Source of the DNA: Dehalococcoidia bacterium
Lineage (GTDB): Bacteria; Chloroflexota; Dehalococcoidia; Plut-88900
Reading direction: 5' to 3'
Length of the DNA: 64,000 nucleotides
NCBI GenBank assembly: GCA_965197645.1
Contig: OZ240219.1
Coordinates: 512,001-576,000, forward strand
This document shows, piece after piece, positions 58,764 to 64,000 of the stretch. The position numbers were made by a program, and so were the translations under genes. How positions within the stretch are numbered: the first letter of the stretch is position 1; each line of letters starts with the position of its first letter. The notes under the pieces were generated by a model, which was not told where the DNA came from, did no database searches, and saw nothing but the letters and a program-made list of their open reading frames with translations.

Positions 58764-60026
58764 CTACACCTTCAGCAGCCTGTACAGCCCCTTTTCGGCG
58801 CGACAGGGGCCTACCACCGCCAGGTTCAGCTTCTCGGTAATCAATAGCCGGGTGGCCACCCGGTTCAGGTCTTCCAGGGTGACGGCCTCCATCTGCTCCA
58901 CCACCTCATCCACGGTATGCAGCTTGCCTGTCAGCAGTTCCTGGCCGCCCGCCCAGCTGGCGACGCTGCGGGTGTCCTCCATCCTGAGCAACAGCCGGCC
59001 CTTTACCAGCTCCTTGGCCTTTCGCAACTCCCCTTCGGTTACGTCCTCTTTGAGCCGTTGGAGCTCGTGGACGACGCCGGTCACCGCCTCTTTGGTGTGG
59101 GCTGGGTCGACGCCCGCGTAGACCACCAGCGAGCCCGAGTCCTGGAAGTGGGTGGTGTAGCTGTAGACGCTGTAGGCAAGCCCCTTGTTCTCTCGCAGCT
59201 CGATGAACAGCCGGCTGCTCATACCCTCGCCCAGGATGATGTTCAGGAGGTTCAGGGCGTGCCGGTCCGGGTCCCGTACCGACAACCCCCGCAGGGCGAC
59301 GCAAAGGTGCACCTGTTCCGTCTTCCGATACTCGATTTCAAGCCTGGGTTCAACCTGGCCATCGGCCACGGGTATCCAGCTTTTCGGGGTGTTGGGCTTC
59401 CAGTCGCTCAGGGTCTGGCTCAAAGCATCGACGATCTCGCCGTGTTCGACGTTGCCCGCCACGGTGACGAGGGTATTGCCGGGTGTGTGCTGGCTTTCCT
59501 GGTAGTCTCGAATCTCCTGCCGGGTCAGATTGCTGACCGATTCCCTGGTGCCGCCAATGTCCCTGCCCAGGGGGTGTTCAGGCCACACCAGCTGGTCGAT
59601 GAGGACGTCGGCCCACTGCTGGGGCGAGTCCTTCACCATGCTCAGCTCCTCCAGAATGACCTGTCGCTCCTTTTCCACGTCCTCGGGGTCAAACCGAGAG
59701 TTCCGCAGCATGTCCACCAGCAAATCCATGGTTTCGGAAAGGTGGGGCCGGGCCACCTTGGCCCAGAGGGTCGTGATCTCCTGGTCGGTGCTGCCGTTGA
59801 GCACGCCGCCGGTCCCCTCTACGGTCTCGGATATCATCTGGGGAGTGGGCCGGCGCTCGGTGCCCTTGAAGCAGAGGTGTTCGATGAAGTGGGATACCCC
59901 GGCGGCGTCATCCCGCTCGTACCTGGATCCCGTTCCTATGAAGACGGCTATGGCCGCGGAACGGGTATGAGGCATCGAGTTGGAGATGATCCTCAGGCCG
60001 TTGTCGAGGATGGTCTTTTCGTACAT
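58764..60026 (-). CDS. M16 (pitrilysin) family zinc peptidase
   Basis: GSRYE, HFIEH, GMSSRLF..LAYSV. Confidence 0.93.
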   Translation of the reverse strand: MYEKTILDNGLRIISNSMPHTRSAAIAVFIGTGSRYERDDAAGVSHFIEHLCFKGTERRPTPQMISETVEGTGGVLNGSTDQEITTLWAKVARPHLSETMDLLVDMLRNSRFDPEDVEKERQVILEELSMVKDSPQQWADVLIDQLVWPEHPLGRDIGGTRESVSNLTRQEIRDYQESQHTPGNTLVTVAGNVEHGEIVDALSQTLSDWKPNTPKSWIPVADGQVEPRLEIEYRKTEQVHLCVALRGLSVRDPDRHALNLLNIILGEGMSSRLFIELRENKGLAYSVYSYTTHFQDSGSLVVYAGVDPAHTKEAVTGVVHELQRLKEDVTEGELRKAKELVKGRLLLRMEDTRSVASWAGGQELLTGKLHTVDEVVEQMEAVTLEDLNRVATRLLITEKLNLAVVGPCRAEKGLYRLLKV

Positions 60027-60048
60027 AGTCTACTTGGTCACCCGAGGA

Positions 60049-60690
60049 CTACTTGGCCACCCAGGCCACTTCGCCGTGGAAGTCATCGGGCAGGTCCCGC
60101 TTCTTGAACTCGCCGAACAGCGCTTTCTCCTTGTTCAGCACCGTTTCGTCGCCGTGTCCGGGGTAGACATTCAGGTCGTCGGCCAATACGAATATCTTCT
60201 CTTCCAAGGCGCCAACCAGCTGCAGGAAGTTGGGCCCGCTTTCGGTGTAGCCGGGACCTCCTGGGAATAGGGTGTCTCCCGAGAAGAGATGGTCGCCCCA
60301 CAGTAGGGACGTGCCGCCTGGGGTATGTCCGGGTACGTGTATAGTCCTGAAGGTTATGGACCCGAAGGAGAAGGCTCCGTTGTCGGAGAAGTGCCGGTCG
60401 GCCTTCCCCGGGAGCTGGTCCTCGTCGTCGGGATGGACCACCATCGGCACCTTCAATGCGGATTTCAGGGCATCGAAGCTGGGGATGTGGTCGAAGTGGG
60501 TATGAGTGAAAAGGACCGCCTGAACGTTGGTGTCCTGGGCTTGGTCGAGGATCTTCTCGGCCTCGTCGGGCGCATCGATGATCACACTCTCGTTGGTCTT
60601 GGGGCATACCGCCAGATATGCGTTGTTGGAGTACGATCCGGTAACGATCTTTCGTATCTCTATGTCTTCGCCTTTGTAGAGAACAGCCAT
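60049..60690 (-). CDS. MBL-fold metallo-hydrolase
   Basis: THTHFDH, PGHTPG, SGDTLF, PGHG. Confidence 0.92.
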   Translation of the reverse strand: MAVLYKGEDIEIRKIVTGSYSNNAYLAVCPKTNESVIIDAPDEAEKILDQAQDTNVQAVLFTHTHFDHIPSFDALKSALKVPMVVHPDDEDQLPGKADRHFSDNGAFSFGSITFRTIHVPGHTPGGTSLLWGDHLFSGDTLFPGGPGYTESGPNFLQLVGALEEKIFVLADDLNVYPGHGDETVLNKEKALFGEFKKRDLPDDFHGEVAWVAK

Positions 60691-60897
60691 CTCCTCCTCC
60701 ATTTCCGTTGCTTGGGCCTCATTTCAATTGCCAGGGACCAGGGCGTTCATCTTCCGGTGCAGGCCAGCTTATCAGAGGACTGCAACCCCTGTAAAGAACG
60801 GTATTTCTTCTCCATCATACTCGTATAAATCGTGCTTTGGCATACTTGTATAGGTACCGTTAGCCTTATAAAATAACGGTTAGCCCATCCCACGGCG

Positions 60898-63798
60898 GTG
60901 ACTGTGGCACTCAAGTCTATCTTCGTCAAAGGCGCCCGAGAGCACAACCTCAAGAACATCGACGTTACGATCCCACGGGACAAATTCGTCGTCATAACCG
61001 GGTTGTCGGGCTCCGGCAAAAGCTCCCTGGCCTTCGATACCATCTACGCCGAAGGGCAGCGGCGCTACGTGGAGTCCCTCTCCGCCTATGCCCGCCAGTT
61101 CTTGGGGCGGATGGAAAAGCCGGACGTCGACTACATCGAAGGGCTCAGTCCCGCCATCTCCATCGATCAGAAAGGGGTGCGGCACAACCCCCGCTCGACC
61201 GTCGGCACCGTCACCGAGATCTATGACTACGTCCGGCTCCTGTATGCACGCGCCGGCCGGCCCCACTGCCCCAACTGCGGGCGGCCCATAGCCCGGCAGA
61301 CGGTCCAGCAGATAGTCGACGCCATCCAGGCCATTCCGGCAGGCACCCGCACGATGATCATGGCTCCCATGGTCGCCAGCCGCAAGGGTGAGCATCAGTC
61401 GATATTCGACGATGCGCGACGATCGGGGTTCGTCAGGGTGAGGGTCAACGGCGAGATACGGGAGCTAACCGAGGAGTTCAACCTCAATAAGAAGCGAAAG
61501 CACACCATCGAGGTGGTGGTGGACAGGCTGATCGTTGGCGAGGGAGAAGGGGAGGCCAGCCGCATGGCCGATTCGGTGGAGACTGCGCTGAAACTGAGCG
61601 GCGGCTCGGTGCTAATCTCGATCGTAGATGGCGAAGAGCACCTCTACTCGGAGCACTTCGCATGCGTGCACTGCGGCATCAGCCTCGGCGAGATCGAGCC
61701 CCGGACCTTCAGCTTCAACAGCCCCCACGGCGCCTGCTCCACCTGTACCGGGTTGGGCGCCAAGATGGTGATCGATCCCGAGCTGGTGATGCCCAACAAG
61801 GAGCTTTCGCTGAGCGAAGGGGCGATCCAGCCCTGGACCCGCGCAGGGGCGATGAGCAACTGGTACGCCAGCATGGTGGACTCTGCAGCCCGGGCATATG
61901 GATTTTCGACCAAGGTCCCGGTGAAGAAGCTCGAAGAGGAGCATCTGAACGTCGTCCTCTATGGCACCAGCCGCGACAAGATGGTCATCAGCCACACCGA
62001 TAGGCGGGGCAAGGTCTGGAAGTGGAACTCCAGCTTCGAGGGAGTGGTGGGCAACCTGGAGCGCCGGTACGCCGAGACCGAGTCGGATTACACCAGGCTC
62101 GAAATCGAGCGGTATATGACCTCGCTGCCCTGCGCATCCTGCGACGGCAATAGGCTAAAGCCCGAATCACTGGCGGTGACCGTCGGCGGCATCAACATCA
62201 TGGAGCTGACCGGCAAGTCTATAGGCGAGGCGTTGGACTGGGTGACGGTGCTGGACGGCTCCAACCCATCCCGTAACGGCGTCAAGGAGCCCCTCACCGA
62301 GCGGGAGCTGATCATCGCCAACCAGATACTGAAGGAGATCATGTCCAGACTCACCTTCCTCAGCGGGATCGGCCTGGACTACCTGACGCTGGACCGGACG
62401 GCTGGCACCCTCAGCGGCGGCGAGGCCCAGCGGATCCGGCTGGCCACCCAGATTGGCAGCGGTCTCATGGGCGTGCTCTACGTGTGCGACGAGCCGTCCG
62501 TCGGGTTGCATCCGGCGGACGATCACCGGCTCATCAACACTTTGAAACGGCTGCGAGACCTGGGCAACACGATCCTGATCGTCGAGCACGACGAGGCGAT
62601 CATGCGCGCCGCGGACCACATAGTAGACCTAGGACCGGGTGCGGGAGACCACGGCGGTTGGGTGGTGGCAGAGGGCCCTCTCGAGGACATCATCAGCAAC
62701 GAAGCGTCTATCACCGGTCAGTACCTGGGCGGTTTCAGGGAGATATCACCTCCAGAGAAACGCAGGGAGACCAACGCCAAGAAGCTGGTTGTCACGGGCG
62801 CCAGGGAGAACAACCTCAAAGGCATAAAGGTCGAGATCCCGCTGGGCATATTGGTGTGCGTCACCGGCGTATCGGGCAGCGGAAAGAGCACCCTGGTCAA
62901 CGAGATCCTCTACAAGAAGCTGGCCCAGTACTTCTTCAGGGCCAAGGACAGGCCCGGCGATTTCGACAAACTCGAGGGGATCGAGCACATAGATAAGGTG
63001 GTCAACATCGATCAATCGCCCATCGGCCGGACTCCCCGCAGCAACCCGGCCACATACACGGGCACTTTTACCCCCATCCGAGAGCTGTTCACCACTGTCC
63101 CCGAGGCCAGGGCCAGGGGATACAAACCGGGCCGGTTTTCGTTCAACGTGAAGGGCGGTCGCTGCGAGGCCTGCCAGGGCGAGGGATACAACCAGATAGA
63201 AATGCAGTTCCTCCCCGACGTTACCGTCCCCTGCGAGATATGCAAGGGTCAGCGGTACGGCCGTGAGGCGCTGGAGATAGAGTTCAAGGGCAAGAACATC
63301 GCCCAAGTCCTGAACATGACCGTAGAGGAGGCCTGCCAGTTCTTCGAGAACATCCCCAAGGTGGCCGGTAAGCTGAACACCATGCGGGACGTGGGCCTGG
63401 GCTATATCAAGCTGGGGCAGCCCGCGACCACCCTCAGCGGTGGTGAGGCGCAGCGGGTCAAGCTCTCTACCGAGCTGTCTCGGCGGGCAACGGGACAGAC
63501 CCTCTACATCCTGGATGAGCCGACTACCGGCCTCTCCTTCGAGGACGCCAACGCCCTGCTGCAGGTGCTTCACCGGCTGGTGGACGCCGGGAACACGGTG
63601 GTCCTGATAGAGCACCACCTGGACCTAATCAAGTCGGCCGACTACCTGATCGACCTCGGGCCGGGCGCCGGAGACGCCGGTGGAAAGGTCGTTGCTACCG
63701 GCACGCCGGAGCAGGTGGCCAGGGTCAAGGGTTCCTTCACCGGCCAGTACCTCAAACCCCTTCTCAAGAAGCACAAGGCCGCAAAGGCAAAGGGTTAG
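60898..63798 (+). CDS. uvrA: Excinuclease ABC subunit A
   Basis: Two Walker A motifs ([18 protein letters not shown]), LSGGEAQR twice, zinc fingers. Confidence 0.98.
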   Translation: MTVALKSIFVKGAREHNLKNIDVTIPRDKFVVITGLSGSGKSSLAFDTIYAEGQRRYVESLSAYARQFLGRMEKPDVDYIEGLSPAISIDQKGVRHNPRSTVGTVTEIYDYVRLLYARAGRPHCPNCGRPIARQTVQQIVDAIQAIPAGTRTMIMAPMVASRKGEHQSIFDDARRSGFVRVRVNGEIRELTEEFNLNKKRKHTIEVVVDRLIVGEGEGEASRMADSVETALKLSGGSVLISIVDGEEHLYSEHFACVHCGISLGEIEPRTFSFNSPHGACSTCTGLGAKMVIDPELVMPNKELSLSEGAIQPWTRAGAMSNWYASMVDSAARAYGFSTKVPVKKLEEEHLNVVLYGTSRDKMVISHTDRRGKVWKWNSSFEGVVGNLERRYAETESDYTRLEIERYMTSLPCASCDGNRLKPESLAVTVGGINIMELTGKSIGEALDWVTVLDGSNPSRNGVKEPLTERELIIANQILKEIMSRLTFLSGIGLDYLTLDRTAGTLSGGEAQRIRLATQIGSGLMGVLYVCDEPSVGLHPADDHRLINTLKRLRDLGNTILIVEHDEAIMRAADHIVDLGPGAGDHGGWVVAEGPLEDIISNEASITGQYLGGFREISPPEKRRETNAKKLVVTGARENNLKGIKVEIPLGILVCVTGVSGSGKSTLVNEILYKKLAQYFFRAKDRPGDFDKLEGIEHIDKVVNIDQSPIGRTPRSNPATYTGTFTPIRELFTTVPEARARGYKPGRFSFNVKGGRCEACQGEGYNQIEMQFLPDVTVPCEICKGQRYGREALEIEFKGKNIAQVLNMTVEEACQFFENIPKVAGKLNTMRDVGLGYIKLGQPATTLSGGEAQRVKLSTELSRRATGQTLYILDEPTTGLSFEDANALLQVLHRLVDAGNTVVLIEHHLDLIKSADYLIDLGPGAGDAGGKVVATGTPEQVARVKGSFTGQYLKPLLKKHKAAKAKG

Positions 63799-63857
63799 CA
63801 CTCCAGCCCAACCCTCGACACAGAGGCTCATCGATTAAGTTGTAGGAGGACAGAGCA

Positions 63858-64000
63858 ATGACCACCGGAGACAAGACAACGCGGGAAGGGCGCATCAACT
63901 CCATTCGGATTACCGAGGAGTACTACTGGATGCTGCTTCGGCACCTGAACAACGCGGTGTCGGAGAAGCTGGGCGAGCCGGGCTTGAAGGCGCTGGCCGA
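63858..64000 (+). CDS. Hypothetical protein, 3' truncated by window edge
   Basis: AGGAGG RBS; frame MTTGDKTTREGR.. is open to the end. Confidence 0.6.
   Translation, partial: MTTGDKTTREGRINSIRITEEYYWMLLRHLNNAVSEKLGEPGLKALA

Overview
High-GC bacterial chromosome segment. The gene content (paired family III CoA-transferases, hydantoinase/oxoprolinase, amidohydrolases, sortase, T-box-regulated ileS) suggests Chloroflexota, Dehalococcoidia/SAR202-like; this is inference only. The left half (about 0.7-34 kb) is accessory metabolism: an amide/lactam hydrolase operon, a DUF433/PIN toxin-antitoxin pair, a divergent locus with two glycine-reductase component B (GrdE-like) paralogs, two pairs of CoA-transferases and a Sec-DsbA, and a mobA-AOR-nuoE-nuoF-fdhA cluster. 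The right half is mostly housekeeping (rph, ileS, ybeY, dnaX, recR, recO, rel, rpsT, cobB, recF, uvrA). Highlights not visible in the ORF track: (1) three selenoprotein genes with in-frame UGA, two UPWC DsbA-like and one CxxU Rdx; (2) an AOR-family protein that has lost all four [4Fe-4S] cysteines but keeps the pterin and catalytic motifs, coupled to an NAD-linked formate dehydrogenase-like complex; (3) two small integrase-free cargo cassettes, each bracketed by diverged direct repeats of host gene 3' ends; (4) a modular REP/BIME-like repeat at three loci; (5) a perfect 32-bp palindrome at a frameshift. No tRNA, rRNA, CRISPR array, integrase or transposase was recognised.
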